Program-made: the position numbers and the translations under genes | Shown here: positions 52,594-62,822 of the stretch, in pieces | Numbering within the stretch: the stretch's first letter is position 1 | Layout of the letters: each line of letters starts with the position of its first letter | Source of the DNA: Treponemataceae bacterium | Lineage (GTDB): Bacteria > Spirochaetota > Spirochaetia > Treponematales > Rectinemataceae | DNA length: 64,000 bases | NCBI GenBank assembly: GCA_963667725.2 | Contig: CAXXHO010000005.1 | Span: 448,001 to 512,000 of the forward strand | Direction of reading: 5' to 3' | The notes under the pieces: model-generated | Database searches by the model: none | The model's input: the letters and a program-made list of their open reading frames with translations, nothing else | What the model was told of the DNA's origin: nothing

Positions 52594-52735
52594 AGTTTCC
52601 TTCGCCCGAAGGGTCCGTAGAACATTGGCTTAACCTTTAAAGCCTGTTCCTGAGCGTAGCGAGGGATTGGCGTGGTTTTTGCGTGATCTTTTCGCAAAAA
52701 CCATGACAAAAGGCTTTATAAGGTTGAAGCGGTTG

Positions 52736-53833
52736 TTAGTCTGTAGATATTTTATAATTCTTTTTAGCTTCTATACATACATTTATTATTGTATCTTTTT
52801 CTGGTCTTTTATTAAAATTAATTATTAGATTCACAATTTCTGGAATCAAAGTTAAGCCTAAAGATGTAATAATCGGAATAATATTTGATGCGCCCATTGA
52901 AGCTTCAATAATGCCACTTATTATTCCAAATACTGAACCTACTGAAGCTCCCATACCTATATTGAAATTTTTACTTTCTTTCATATATTTTTCTATACCA
53001 CATTTAATATTTCCCAATTTATCATTTAACCATTTTTCTTTTTCTACTTCTGTCTGCACAGAACAAGGTTGATCAAAATATTGCTTTAAGGAAGTGTATA
53101 AAGATGGATTATGCTTAATTATATTATAGAAATCTTTAATTTCATTTCCAGGTAAATATAATTCATTATTTGTTATAAATTTATTTAAATGTATATGGTA
53201 ATCTTGCTTTTCTTTCGAATAGTAATTATTAAAATCAATTAAAGTATCGTTATTTAAATATTTTTCAGTTATTGTAAATGGAAATATTCCAACTCCATCT
53301 TGTATTAAAGAAAGAACCCCTACTAAGCCTAGTGTATTAGAATCTAAATATTCTTTTGGTATACTATTAAGATTATATTTTACACGATCTGACCAAATAT
53401 ATGGAGGCGGAAGAATTACTATTCTACCATCGATCACCATATCTTTCAAAATCAATAATTCATTAGCTAATAATCCAATTTCTTCAAGTTCACATTTATT
53501 GCTTCTAATTACTCTACTCCAAAGAAAATCCCATAAAACAAGCCTATCACCTAATACTAAACCAAGCTTTACCATATCATATAGATCATTAACATATCCG
53601 AATCCTACACTAAGCATGTTCATTTTTGAATAACTATTTATATCATTAATACATTTATCAAAATTGCTTCCTAAATATATATCATTAATTTCATTTACCA
53701 CTCTTTGTATTGTAAATGAGTTGATCTTTTTATAATCTGGTATAAATATTGGAACATCATTGTTCCATTGAATTCCTAATCTATTTTCGAGAATATTTAG
53801 ATAATTTATTGAAGCAATTTGCATATTATCCAT
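52736..53833 (-). CDS. Hypothetical protein with two C-terminal hydrophobic segments
   Basis: 365 aa ORF filling the cassette; stop in R''. Confidence 0.65.
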   Translation of the reverse strand: MDNMQIASINYLNILENRLGIQWNNDVPIFIPDYKKINSFTIQRVVNEINDIYLGSNFDKCINDINSYSKMNMLSVGFGYVNDLYDMVKLGLVLGDRLVLWDFLWSRVIRSNKCELEEIGLLANELLILKDMVIDGRIVILPPPYIWSDRVKYNLNSIPKEYLDSNTLGLVGVLSLIQDGVGIFPFTITEKYLNNDTLIDFNNYYSKEKQDYHIHLNKFITNNELYLPGNEIKDFYNIIKHNPSLYTSLKQYFDQPCSVQTEVEKEKWLNDKLGNIKCGIEKYMKESKNFNIGMGASVGSVFGIISGIIEASMGASNIIPIITSLGLTLIPEIVNLIINFNKRPEKDTIINVCIEAKKNYKISTD

Positions 53834-53965
53834 AATTTCTCCTATCAGACTAACATTGGCTTAACCTTTAAATCCGCGCCTGAGCTACTGCGAAGGCTTG
53901 GCGTGGTTTGTGCATGTGATTTCTGCACAAACCATGACAAAGGATTTATAAGGTTGAAGCATTTG

Positions 53966-54796
53966 TTAGAAGATTTTATCTAATAAAAATCTATTGCTAA
54001 ACCATTTTAATTTTAAAAATTGAACATCCAAATTCCTATTAATCTTTTCTAAACAAGGATAGTATGCCTTATGGAACTTATCACCAACAATTACTGTTTT
54101 AATTATTGATTCAATTGGTATTGAGATATCTATACCATTACGTACTTGTTTATCAATTAAAAGAAATCTATATTCTTTTTCATCTCTATAATCATCTTGT
54201 TTCATGAAAAATAATTTACTTGAGTATTTATTAATATATGATATAGCAAACTTATCAATTCCATTACCTATAATAGCATTTGTATCAACGATTGATGTTC
54301 CATATAATGAGCTTATATCAGAATAGTACTTTATTTTCTTATGATGAAAAGCATACGCCTCTGCTCCATATTTTTCAATTACCTTTTTTATAATTTCTTT
54401 TTTAGAAAGAACAAAACATAGACCTTCTTGATTTTCTCCGTACTGTGACCACATTCTTGTTTTTAAATACCCACAACTTGAAATCTCACCTTTACAATAA
54501 CTATTGGTACAAGTAGAAAAAAAATAAGCATTCTTAAGCATTATTGTTTCAAGTAACTTTTTTGCATCCCACCCGCATCGTGTTACTTCGTGACTTACAT
54601 CAATATTTGTTTGAATTCCAAGGAATCTTTTATTATATTCAAGCGGATCATTTGTATTAGAAAATATGCTAAACCTAATACTTTTTGTATCAAATATTTT
54701 TTCTAGAGCTGTCTTAACTTTTGTATAATGAAAGACTGAATCATCAGAATCAAGTAATGAGTAATTAATGCCATCAACTCTATCAAATAATTTCAT
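53966..54796 (-). CDS. DUF2971 domain protein
   Basis: FHYT, TNDPLE, RMWSQYGENQEGLC, KQDDYRDEKEYR. Confidence 0.8.
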   Translation of the reverse strand: MKLFDRVDGINYSLLDSDDSVFHYTKVKTALEKIFDTKSIRFSIFSNTNDPLEYNKRFLGIQTNIDVSHEVTRCGWDAKKLLETIMLKNAYFFSTCTNSYCKGEISSCGYLKTRMWSQYGENQEGLCFVLSKKEIIKKVIEKYGAEAYAFHHKKIKYYSDISSLYGTSIVDTNAIIGNGIDKFAISYINKYSSKLFFMKQDDYRDEKEYRFLLIDKQVRNGIDISIPIESIIKTVIVGDKFHKAYYPCLEKINRNLDVQFLKLKWFSNRFLLDKIF

Positions 54797-54963
54797 ATTT
54801 TTATTCTTATGCGCGCCGAAGGCGTCCTTCTAACATTGGCTTAACCCTTAACGCCTGTTCCTGAGCGAAGCGAAGGATTGGCGTGGTTTTTGCGTGATCT
54901 TCAAGCAAAAACCATGACAAAAGGCGTTATAGGGTTGAAGCATTTGTTAGATGTCTTTTTTCA

Positions 54964-55590
54964 TTACCATGAATTAAGATGAATGTGATCCTTAATGTCC
55001 ATATTCACTTGTTTAAATACTTGCTCTTCTTCTTCTGGATATCCTAAAGCTAAATAGCACGGTAATTCATACTCTATTGGAATATTTAGTTCTTTCTTTA
55101 TATGAATTCTTTCTGCTTCAGAAGGTATTCTCGTTACGCCTTGAATGTTATAGCTAGAAGCTGCAATTAGAATATTCTCAATGCTACACCAGATTGATGC
55201 GAAGTAATTTAGCTCAGACAAGCTTTGGGGCTTTAAGAGATCCTTCCCTTGAAAGAAAAATGGTAATACTAACGTACTTGCCGTCAACAGCATTTTTCGC
55301 TGTAGCGGTATCGCATCAATATACATTTTCCTTTGCTCTTCATTTTTATATCCAACTTTATCTACAATCTTAGTTGCCTCATTAGTAGTTCTCTCTTTAG
55401 CAATCTTTTCAATAAGTTGTATTCTTTTATCAAGACCATCAATAATTACATATTCCCATTTCCTCATATGATCATTTGACGGTGCATGTAATCCTGCATC
55501 TAAAATAGTAGTAAGTATATCCGATGGAATTTTCTTTGAAGAAAAGCGTCGAGTAGTCTTCCTATTTTTAATTGCATCTAATGTTTCCAT
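54964..55590 (-). CDS. Nitroreductase family protein
   Basis: RKTTRRF, APSNDHMRKW, IENILIAA, LALGYP. Confidence 0.88.
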   Translation of the reverse strand: METLDAIKNRKTTRRFSSKKIPSDILTTILDAGLHAPSNDHMRKWEYVIIDGLDKRIQLIEKIAKERTTNEATKIVDKVGYKNEEQRKMYIDAIPLQRKMLLTASTLVLPFFFQGKDLLKPQSLSELNYFASIWCSIENILIAASSYNIQGVTRIPSEAERIHIKKELNIPIEYELPCYLALGYPEEEEQVFKQVNMDIKDHIHLNSW

Positions 55591-55836
55591 ATATTCTCCA
55601 TATACTCAGGTATGTTAATTACATTTATGCTGAATAGTTCATCTCACTTTCAGGTTAACATAACTGATATTCGATTCAACATGTCTACTTTCGCGCCGAA
55701 GGCGTCCATCTAACATTGGCTTAACCCTTAACGCCTGTTCCTGAGCGTAGCGAAGGATTGGCGTGGTTTTTGCGTCATCTTCTCGCAAAAACCATGACAA
55801 AAGGCGTTATAGGGTTGAAGCATGTGTTAGGTGTCT

Positions 55837-56472
55837 TTAATTTATGATCTTTATATTTTTAGAAAAATCCAAGTAGTAGCCATATATCCATCCTTCAATA
55901 TTATTGTATTTTATTTTTATCCAATAGTCTTCAAAATCATTAATTTTTTCTATAGAATCACTTATTTCTATAGCTTGTATGGCTTTCCCTTTGTTTAATT
56001 TATCTATTACTTTCCCGTTTATATTAGGTAGATTTCTAATGTTAACGTGATCATCATTCACCACTGCATCAAGTACATTATATCCATTGACATTTACCCT
56101 ATCAATTTCTGTACAATTAGTCTGAATGTCATTACTTAAAAGCTTTAACGATATTAAATAGTATCTTGTTTTCTTATTTTTTGTATTACTATTCCAATCA
56201 TTTAGCTGCCATCGACCCTTTATTATAAGATTAACAGCCGTATTTGATGATTTGACTGCCATTATTGTTGGATACATTCCTGCATCTGATTCATAAATAA
56301 ATTTTAAATAAGTACCATCTACATATAAAGTACCTACATAGTCTTTTAATCCATCAGGACGTACAATTAGATCATATTTTTTATATACTAGCGTTTTGTA
56401 TATTTGAGAATCCTGAGGATATAGTTGATCACTAACAATTAGCATAATGATTATTACAAATATTTTTTTCAT
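55837..56472 (-). CDS. Secreted protein with C-terminal SH3b domain
   Basis: VNIRNLPNINGKVI...WIKIKYNNIEGWIYGYYL. Confidence 0.78.
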   Translation of the reverse strand: MKKIFVIIIMLIVSDQLYPQDSQIYKTLVYKKYDLIVRPDGLKDYVGTLYVDGTYLKFIYESDAGMYPTIMAVKSSNTAVNLIIKGRWQLNDWNSNTKNKKTRYYLISLKLLSNDIQTNCTEIDRVNVNGYNVLDAVVNDDHVNIRNLPNINGKVIDKLNKGKAIQAIEISDSIEKINDFEDYWIKIKYNNIEGWIYGYYLDFSKNIKIIN

Positions 56473-56592
56473 ACATTTCCTGCGCGATAGCGTCCACCTA
56501 ACATTGGCTTAACCTTTAAATCCGCGCCTGAGCGAAGCGAAGGCTTGGCATGGTTTGTGCATTGTTGTTCTGCACAAACCATGCCAAAGGAT

Positions 56593-57147
56593 TTATAAGG
56601 TTGAAGCAGTTGTTAGGTTTATTTCTTTACAATATTTTTCAATTATGCTTACAAATTTTTTAATATCACTATTATTTCTATAACATAATAATGTATAAGA
56701 TTTTATCTTAGAATTCTCATTATCATTAATAAACTTATTAATTTCATTTTCGATATATTTTAATTGTCTCTCTTTTGATGATCTTTCTTCATTTGTCTTG
56801 CTAACATCAATTAGTTGAAAATAGCCAATTTTTTCAGAATAATTATATTCCTCGACATATCTTATATAAATACTAGAAAAGTATGATGTATAAAATTTAC
56901 CAAATATTTTTGTTGGACTTATACCAGATTCTTCTACCTCGATAATTGCATTTATTTTATTATCGTTTACAATTGCAGCATCTATTTTACACATTATATT
57001 TTCTCTATTTTTTTTATTTATAAATAAAGAAATATGTTGATCACCACCACATGCTGGATCTAGTAGTACTTTATAAGGAAACAAAAAAACTTCTTCTAAT
57101 TGTTCGCCAACTTTAGAATGTAATTGATGTTTTTCATTATTACTCAT
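56593..57147 (-). CDS. Hypothetical protein, possible PD-(D/E)XK-like nuclease
   Basis: KIDAAIV...AIIEVEES motif spacing. Confidence 0.45.
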   Translation of the reverse strand: MSNNEKHQLHSKVGEQLEEVFLFPYKVLLDPACGGDQHISLFINKKNRENIMCKIDAAIVNDNKINAIIEVEESGISPTKIFGKFYTSYFSSIYIRYVEEYNYSEKIGYFQLIDVSKTNEERSSKERQLKYIENEINKFINDNENSKIKSYTLLCYRNNSDIKKFVSIIEKYCKEINLTTASTL

Positions 57148-57162
57148 TTTAATTTACAGCTA

Positions 57163-57384
57163 TTAATTCTCTAGCCATGGTAATTCATCATCAGGTCCAT
57201 AAATATAATCATTTAGTATATAAAATTGACCATTACATTTTGGACCATAAATATAATTATTTACTATATAATATAAACCACTATTTTTAGGTCCATATAT
57301 ATAATTAGATTTAATATAGAATTGTCCTGACATTTTTGGCCCATAAATGTATCCATTCTTAATGTAATACTGTCCTGAACTCAT
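57163..57384 (-). CDS. Small protein made of four 16-aa repeats
   Basis: (S/N)GQ(Y/F)YIxxxYIYGP repeated 4 times. Confidence 0.7.
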   Translation of the reverse strand: MSSGQYYIKNGYIYGPKMSGQFYIKSNYIYGPKNSGLYYIVNNYIYGPKCNGQFYILNDYIYGPDDELPWLEN

Positions 57385-57560
57385 TTAATACCCCTTATTT
57401 TTTTGTGCCATATTATTTATTAATTTTGGCGCGAAGCGTCAACCTAACATTGGCTTAACCCTTAACGCCTGTTCCTGAGCGTAGCGAAGGATTGGCGTGG
57501 TTTTTGCGTCATCTTCTCGCAAAAACCATGACAAAAGGCGTTATAGGGTTGAAGCGTTTG

Positions 57561-58421
57561 TTAGATTTCGTATTCTAACATGTCATATGCTATTTTAATA
57601 TTTTTACCTGTAATCTCAGAACAATATATACTCAATCTCTCGCCCATTTCAAAATTAACACCATCTGGTTCTTCAACATGGCCTAGTATGAATTGCTTAC
57701 TATTTAATGTTCTTATATACTCAAGAGTCTCTAATATTGTTTGTTCATCTTCTAGTACTGGATGATTTTGGTCAATGTTCCGCTCTTTAGTTATCGGGTT
57801 AACATCAACAACACCTAGCGGCAAATATATCAGATCATAAATAGTGTCATATATCTCTCGCTTAGGAATCCAAAACTTAAGTTCGTCCATTATGACCAAT
57901 ATTCTCTTTCCAAAACCAGCAATGTCATAGCCAAATGAATAATCCTGACCTAACTGAACAGGTGTTACTCTATAGCCATCAAATTCATAGCTTTTAGAAT
58001 TTGGAATTACTTCTAACTTTATTAAGCCTGTGTATGCTAAAAAATCAAGATGACTTTTTATACCCAAACATTTAGAAAATGTTTCAGCTATCTTCTCAGT
58101 TAAGACAACATTAGTAATTTTATTTTTTGCTGGATAATTTTTCCAATCTTTATTCATCTCAAATATTCTCTTCCCAGAAGTATGATCAGGATGCCAATGA
58201 GAATAAAAACATACGGCTATATGGCTCACCTTTGATCGGTTCAGTTGAATAAATATTTCTTCAGGCGTATCAATTAGAATATCAGGACCATGAATAAACA
58301 CGCTAGGCCCGAAGCGTGAGTTCTTTGGATCTCCTAATCGAGCTTCGGTGCATGATTTGCATGTACAAAAAGGTTTTGGTGTGGTTACAGCGCCACCAGA
58401 TCCCAGGACTTCAAGTCTCAT
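57561..58421 (-). CDS. Metallo-beta-lactamase-fold hydrolase (PhnP-like)
   Basis: LGSGGA..P.PFCTCKSC, ILIDTP, SHWHPDH. Confidence 0.85.
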   Translation of the reverse strand: MRLEVLGSGGAVTTPKPFCTCKSCTEARLGDPKNSRFGPSVFIHGPDILIDTPEEIFIQLNRSKVSHIAVCFYSHWHPDHTSGKRIFEMNKDWKNYPAKNKITNVVLTEKIAETFSKCLGIKSHLDFLAYTGLIKLEVIPNSKSYEFDGYRVTPVQLGQDYSFGYDIAGFGKRILVIMDELKFWIPKREIYDTIYDLIYLPLGVVDVNPITKERNIDQNHPVLEDEQTILETLEYIRTLNSKQFILGHVEEPDGVNFEMGERLSIYCSEITGKNIKIAYDMLEYEI

Positions 58422-58573
58422 ATGTTCCTCAGTAATTCCGTAAATCTAACATTGGCTTGACCCTTAACACCTGCTCCTGAGCGAAGCGAAGGATTGGCGT
58501 GGTTTGTGCATTGTTGTTCTGCACAAACCATGACAAAAGGCGTTATAGGGTCGAAGCATTTGTTAGGCGAAAA

Positions 58574-59149
58574 TTAGTACAACATTCCTTTGTAATTATT
58601 CTTTATGGCTTCAATAATTTTTTCTTTTCTTTTTCTTCGTGTCTCTTCAGTTTTTGCATCACAATAAAATCCCGCTAGTTGCTTCTGCCTAGAAGGTGTA
58701 GTGTTCTCAAATATTTTCAATGTATCATTTTCCATGCTCAACACATCTTTTAGCTTTTTAATATTGGCAGCGTGTATACTATTCTTATCTAAAACCTCAT
58801 TTTTCTTATCATCAGTTTGATATGCTTCTATTCCAGATTCTGTAATTAATCCTTTATCTTTAAGTCCTTTATAGATTGCTTTATTCTTTTCAGACCACTT
58901 CTTTTTATCAATCCTTCTTGAGAAGTACTTTTTATACTTTGTTTCATCTATTGACTTCATTAGCCCATCAATCCAACCAAAACAAATTGCCTCTTCCAAA
59001 GCATCATTTGAAGTAAAATCTTTGCTTCTTTTTGAAAAAACAATCCAAATGCCACTTAAAGAACTATGGTTGATTTCAAGCCATATTCTAAAAGCTTTTC
59101 TATTTTCAAATTGAATAATTGAACTAGTACTATTCATCATAATTATCAC
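58574..59149 (-). CDS. YdeI/OmpD-associated family protein
   Basis: FRIWLEINH, ALEEAICFGWIDG, WSEKNK, AKTEETRRKR. Confidence 0.85.
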   Translation of the reverse strand: MIIMMNSTSSIIQFENRKAFRIWLEINHSSLSGIWIVFSKRSKDFTSNDALEEAICFGWIDGLMKSIDETKYKKYFSRRIDKKKWSEKNKAIYKGLKDKGLITESGIEAYQTDDKKNEVLDKNSIHAANIKKLKDVLSMENDTLKIFENTTPSRQKQLAGFYCDAKTEETRRKRKEKIIEAIKNNYKGMLY

Positions 59150-59286
59150 CTAACTTGAATATATTTAATTAGCGCGCGAAGCGCGTCCGCCTAACATTGG
59201 CTTAACCTTTAAATCCGCGCCTGAGCTACTGCGAAGGCTTGGCGTGGTTTGTGCATGGGATTTCTGCACAAACCATGACAAAGGAT

Positions 59287-59847
59287 TTATAAGGTTGAAG
59301 CGGTTGTTGGATGCTTCTTCTTCTCTTCTTTACTCTTCTCTATTATGTCTTCAAAGAACCATTTGTATTCATTCTCTTTTACTTCAACATACTTCTCTCT
59401 ATTATTTTCACCATATCTTCTTATAATGTCATTTTTTATACTATTGTATTGATCTACTGCTTCTTTATGATTTCGTAAGTAATCCCTAAATAAAATATGC
59501 TTTCGAAACTCTAAATTATCTGAAGCACAGACATATAAATGATGTTGTATTGTATCTAAAGCTCCCAATTTATTTATTCTGTCTCTTTTAAATGCTTCTC
59601 TCCCTGGTATACCCTGGTCCCCACAATAGACGTATCCAATATTCTCTAGTTCAGTTTTTATCTGTAATAAATCATCCTTTTTATTTATCTCTATATCTAT
59701 ATCAATAATTGGCTTTGCAAACATTCCTTTTATTGATGTACTACCGACATGCTCAATTCTGACATATGACTTTAGGCTTTTTTTTAATACTTCTTTTATT
59801 ATTTCAAATTGTTTTGGCCATTTAACATTATACTCTTCAATGAGCAT
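59287..59847 (-). CDS. GrpB (UPF0157) family protein
   Basis: IEHVGSTSIKGMFAKPIIDI, HHLYV, FRDYLR. Confidence 0.88.
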   Translation of the reverse strand: MLIEEYNVKWPKQFEIIKEVLKKSLKSYVRIEHVGSTSIKGMFAKPIIDIDIEINKKDDLLQIKTELENIGYVYCGDQGIPGREAFKRDRINKLGALDTIQHHLYVCASDNLEFRKHILFRDYLRNHKEAVDQYNSIKNDIIRRYGENNREKYVEVKENEYKWFFEDIIEKSKEEKKKHPTTASTL

Positions 59848-60012
59848 CTATCACCTTCTCTATGATTTTGGCGCCGAAGGCGTCCATCCAACATTGGCTT
59901 AACCCTTAACGCCTGCTCCTGAGCGAAGCGAAGGATTGGCGTGGTTTTTGCGTGATCTTCTCGCAAAAACCATGACAAATGGCGTTATAGGGTTGAAGCT
60001 TTTGTTAGCTAT

Positions 60013-60387
60013 TTATTCTTTCTCAAAATATTTTACTGATTTCAAATCTTTAAAATGCTTATCTTGTGTCCATAAGGTTGCATTATATTTTTTATTTATT
60101 GCATAGATGATACTATCAGCCATTGCTAGTTTATTCTCTTTACCAATCTTTGCTGCATAGATTGCCAAGTCAGTATCAAGATTTACCACATTACCCTGTT
60201 TCATATGAGCAATTGCGAATATTGCTTTATCTTCATCTAATTCAATTATCAATTTCTTGAATACTTCATAGATAGTAATTGAAGGAACAAGGAGATGTTC
60301 AATATCCTCAATTATTGATGATACTTTTTCTCCTACATGACTTCCTTTGAAGTATTCAAGCCAACATGATGAATCTACAATATTCAT
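60013..60387 (-). CDS. vapC: VapC PIN-domain toxin
   Basis: IVDSSCWLEY, LAMADSIIYA, LWTQDKHF. Confidence 0.9.
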   Translation of the reverse strand: MNIVDSSCWLEYFKGSHVGEKVSSIIEDIEHLLVPSITIYEVFKKLIIELDEDKAIFAIAHMKQGNVVNLDTDLAIYAAKIGKENKLAMADSIIYAINKKYNATLWTQDKHFKDLKSVKYFEKE

Positions 60388-60590
60388 ATTCTATCTTCTT
60401 CTCTTTGAATATCTGTATTGATCCCTTTAAAAGCTCCTTTCAGTTTCTTCATTGGTACAATTGGAACAAGTTCAATTCTTGATCCATAGGTAATGACTTC
60501 AAGCTTGGCTCCAACATTCAATCCAATGGTTTCTCTTATTTCTTTTGGTATAACTACTTGGAACTTACTTGATATGGTTACTGTTTTCAT
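60384..60590 (-). CDS. AbrB/MazE-like antitoxin
   Basis: TVTISSKFQVVIPKEIRE. Confidence 0.88.
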   Translation of the reverse strand: MKTVTISSKFQVVIPKEIRETIGLNVGAKLEVITYGSRIELVPIVPMKKLKGAFKGINTDIQREEDRI

Positions 60591-60608
60591 CGATAGCCTC
60601 CTCGTCTT

Positions 60609-60637
60609 ACTATACCACTATCGATAAGAATTGTCAA
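60609..60637 (-). promoter_or_regulatory. Promoter of AbrB-VapC cassette
   Basis: TTGACA-N17-TATAGT with extended TG; palindrome TATCGATA in the spacer, repeated at the start codon. Confidence 0.72.
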
Positions 60638-60800
60638 ATCTTCTTATTTTGGGGCGCCGAAGGCGTCCAGCTAACATTAGCTTAACCCTTAACGCCTGCT
60701 CCTGAGCGAAGCGAAGGATTGGCGTGGTTTTTGCGTGATCTTTTAGCAAAAACCATGACAAAAGGCGTTATAGGGTTGAAGCATTTGTTAGAAATCTTTT

Positions 60801-61178
60801 TTATGGCTCGAATCTTTTGCACTCAATATTTGGAATATATTTATAGTGTTTGTCATTCGCTGTTAAGAGTGTTTCACTCGTTTGAACAACAGTTGCAGCT
60901 ATTAGTGCATCTGCTAACATCATCGAATGACTAAGTGAATATTCTTGTATATAGAATATTGCTCTTGATGAAATTTCTTTATCTATTTGTATGATATCAA
61001 TATTCCATTTTTGTATCTGCTTTTGAAAAATCCTAAACTCTTCTTTATTCTTCATCCCTTGGATAAGTTCCATATAGGTTACAGCTGATACTGAAAATGG
61101 AATATTTGCTTCAACTACTTTCTTAGCCTTCTCGTTTCCACGGAGGTACCATATTAGGACATCAGTATCAATAATCAA
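60801..61178 (-). CDS. vapC: VapC PIN-domain toxin
   Basis: MIIDTDVLIWYLRG, LADALIAAT, LLTANDKHY. Confidence 0.9.
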   Translation of the reverse strand: MIIDTDVLIWYLRGNEKAKKVVEANIPFSVSAVTYMELIQGMKNKEEFRIFQKQIQKWNIDIIQIDKEISSRAIFYIQEYSLSHSMMLADALIAATVVQTSETLLTANDKHYKYIPNIECKRFEP

Positions 61179-61417
61179 AATGAACGTCCTTTTCGAAGTT
61201 CGCGAACCGATTCTTCGACAGTCTTTTCATCTTTCCTTTTGTTCCACATACCAAAGAATCCATTATCTTCTTGCATGGAAACACTATCTTTCTTATGAAT
61301 AGGAACTATTTTTGCTAGCGCTTTCCCTCTAAAAGTAACAGTAACTTCTTGTCCATTAACAACTTGATCTATTATTTTACCAGGCTGAATTCTTAGTTCT
61401 TTCGTCGTTATCTTCAT
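61175..61417 (-). CDS. Phd/YefM-family antitoxin (start reassigned to MKITTKELR)
   Basis: ITTKELR...GQEVTVTFRGKALAKIVP; GGAGGA RBS. Confidence 0.85.
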   Translation of the reverse strand: MKITTKELRIQPGKIIDQVVNGQEVTVTFRGKALAKIVPIHKKDSVSMQEDNGFFGMWNKRKDEKTVEESVRELRKGRSF

Positions 61418-61427
61418 GGTTTCCTCC

Positions 61428-61470
61428 AGTATACACTTCATAGTATACACTACAAAACACCACTAATCAA
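61428..61470 (-). promoter_or_regulatory. Promoter/operator of Phd-VapC cassette
   Basis: TTGATT-N17-TATACT; AGTATACACT repeated at 61428 and 61442. Confidence 0.65.
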
Positions 61471-61621
61471 GTCTTTTAATATTCTTCCTGCGCGGGAGCG
61501 TCTTTCTAACATTGGCTTAACCCTTAACGCTTGTTCCTGAGCGAAGCGAAGGATTGGCGTGGTTTTTGCGTCATCCTCGAGCAAAAACCATGACAAAAGG
61601 CGTTATAGGGTTGAAGCATGT

Positions 61622-62196
61622 GTTAGCTATCTTCTCTTAACTCTATTTAGATATGTTTTATTACTATAATCGTCATGATTATATTTTTTCTTTTGGCTCT
61701 TTATATCGCCAAACATAATAAAAGACTGTTCGGTAGCCGTAACATACTCGATCAGCCAAACTCGGTTATTATGTTATATTGATATAACTTTGAAAGCAAG
61801 AATATTATGATATTCTTACGTGGCACAAAATTATAAAGCTTTTAAATCTTTTAATATCTATTTATACTATATGTTTTTATCCTTCTTCATATACAATAGT
61901 TTTATTTCTCAAAACTCTTCATTATTGTTTTTATAGATCTAGTGATTCAAAGAATTGAAGCTCATCTGAATCGGTTTTCAATAAGCTTTAAAATATTATA
62001 GATTTCATATATTCGCAACACAATAAAAAAGCCTGCGAACTCCTTATGGAATACACAGGCCTAATACTACTTGGAATGTTAAAAAATATATTAACGATTA
62101 CAAATGCTATTGATTTGTACTACTATGATTGACCATTGCCGTATAACTTTTTACTAAGGATTTAATATTCTTCCTGCGCGGGAGCGTCTAGCTAAC
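61622..62196. other. ORF-less cassette (~575 bp)
   Basis: GTTAGCTA/TAGCTAAC complementary ends; no ORF of 60 aa or more in the track. Confidence 0.75.
62022..62060 (-). terminator. Intrinsic-terminator-like hairpin
   Basis: Minus strand GCCTGTGTATTCC-ATAA-GGAGTTCGCAGGC-TTTTTTATT; two mismatches become G-U pairs only on this strand. Confidence 0.6.
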
Positions 62197-62324
62197 ATTG
62201 GCTTAACCCTTAACGCCTGTTCCTGAGCGTAGCGAAGGATTGGCGTGGTTTGTGCATTGTTGTTCTGCACAAACCATGACAAAAGGCGTTATAGGGTTGA
62301 AGCAGTTGTTAGATTTCTTCATCT

Positions 62325-62822
62325 TTATATCTTTTTTTTCCCTATATTATTCATTATTAATATAATTTCATTTTTTTCATATGAATTTAGATTAATATCA
62401 AATGCTCCTTTTTCTTTATGTATTATCCGTAATCCATTTTCCAATTCTTGGTATTTCTCTATTCTACTCCATTCCGCAGAATAATTAAGAAAAACTACAC
62501 CATTTGAATAAAATCCACTATTCTTTGATTCAATATAGATTCTTAAAGGGTCAATAAAAACTAAACTTCCAAAAATTATTATTCCTAATTTTTCAAAAAG
62601 TGTTTGTTGTAGAAAAGCAGAACAAAATATAATTATGCTAATAATACTTGGATATATTATTTGAGAATAACTTGAATCAACTCTTAATATAATTTTACTT
62701 CTTTTTACAACATTAATTATTTTTAGGCTTTTTATAGACGTAATAGAACCACTAAAAAATATTGATATAATAATAATTGCAGTTACAATTTTTGCAATAT
62801 TAATTAGCATATTTTTTCCCAT
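62325..62822 (-). CDS. Hypothetical membrane protein
   Basis: Three hydrophobic segments, then GFYSNGV...WSRIEKY (bacterial PH-like tail). Confidence 0.6.
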   Translation of the reverse strand: MGKNMLINIAKIVTAIIIISIFFSGSITSIKSLKIINVVKRSKIILRVDSSYSQIIYPSIISIIIFCSAFLQQTLFEKLGIIIFGSLVFIDPLRIYIESKNSGFYSNGVVFLNYSAEWSRIEKYQELENGLRIIHKEKGAFDINLNSYEKNEIILIMNNIGKKKI

